Positions 63,250-64,000 of a stretch of 64,000 nt of DNA are shown piece by piece. Each line of letters starts with the position of its first letter. Position 1 is the first letter of the stretch. The DNA lies in the NCBI RefSeq assembly GCF_001194135.2, contig NC_068984.1:75885187-75949186 (forward strand), written 5' to 3'. Origin of the DNA: Octopus bimaculoides (taxonomy: Eukaryota). A program made the position numbers and the translations under genes. The notes beneath the pieces are model-generated. The model was not told the origin of the DNA and searched no databases. It saw only the letters and a program-made list of their open reading frames with translations.

Positions 63250-64000
63250 TCAGATTTAAACTTTTCATTGACAAGTGACTGAGACCATGGCAATATGCTG
63301 TGCTTGAGAAGACTCATCAAACCAAGTGAAACTGTAACCATGGCCATTGCCATTGTCATGTAAATGGCACCCATGCTGGTGGCACATAAAAAGCACCCAT
63401 TACACTCTTGGAGTTGTTGGCATTTAGAAGGGCATCCAGTGTTAGAAAGCATACCAAATCAGACTGGAACCTGGTGCAGCTCTCTGGCTTACCAGTTCTA
63501 GTGAAACCATCTAACACATGCCAGCATGAAAAATGGATGTTGAATGATGATGATTTTATAAAGATAAACAGACAGGTAGATAGATAGATAAACAGACATA
63601 TAGATTAGATTGATAGATAAACAAACAGGCAGATAGATAGATAGATAGATATAAATAAATGAATAGGCGTAGGAGTGGCTGTGTGGTAAGTAGCTTGCTT
63701 ACTAACCAGATGGTTCCAGGTTCAGTCCCACTGCGTGGCACCTTGGGCAAGTGTCTTCTCCTATAGCCTCGGGCCGACCAAAGCCTTGTGAGTGAATTTG
63801 GTAGACAGAAACTGAAAGAAGCCCATCGTATATCATCATCATCATCATCATCATCGTTTAACGTCCGCTTTCCATGCTAGCATGGGTTGGACGACTTGAC
63901 TGAGGACTGGTGAAACCGGATGGCAACACCAGGCTCCAATCTAAATTTGGCAGAGTTTCTACAGCTGGATGCCCTTCCTAACGCCAACCACTCAGAGAGT
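63250..64000. mobile_element. SINE cluster: (GAT)n-tailed element on + (63250-63552), family B on + (63665-63830), (GAT)n-tailed element on - (63830-64000)
   Basis: AGAAGGGCATCCAG on plus vs CTGGATGCCCTTCC downstream; both have GAT/ATC tails. Confidence 0.8.

Overview
AT-rich, microsatellite-saturated eukaryotic draft sequence with about 20 N-gaps (roughly 5.5 kb, mostly bordered by TA/CA/GATA repeats). The tRNA-derived SINE families, repeat spectrum and gap pattern fit a coleoid cephalopod, probably Octopus (inference, no search run). No host protein-coding gene can be confidently identified; the window looks intronic or intergenic. Almost all long ORFs in the track are artefacts of microsatellites or N-runs. 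The real coding signal comes from decayed transposons: five Penelope-like element (PLE) fragments, six R4/Dong-like restriction-endonuclease (RLE) non-LTR tails, an L1/Tx1 endonuclease, RTE and CR1/L2-type tails, three Tc1/mariner transposase relics, two hAT relics, several MITEs with clear TIRs and TSDs, and over 20 SINE copies. Most notable: (i) a minimal hammerhead-ribozyme-like fold in PLE terminal repeats with a shared non-canonical A6U core; (ii) a PLE with inverted terminal repeats, a junction hairpin and a nested mariner; (iii) several RLE lineages each abutting a different microsatellite; (iv) GG-ended MITEs with 8-9 bp TSDs, two carrying TTAGGG arrays; (v) a triplicated ~320-350 bp module near a promoter-like island and candidate micro-exons. 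All alignments were done by eye.
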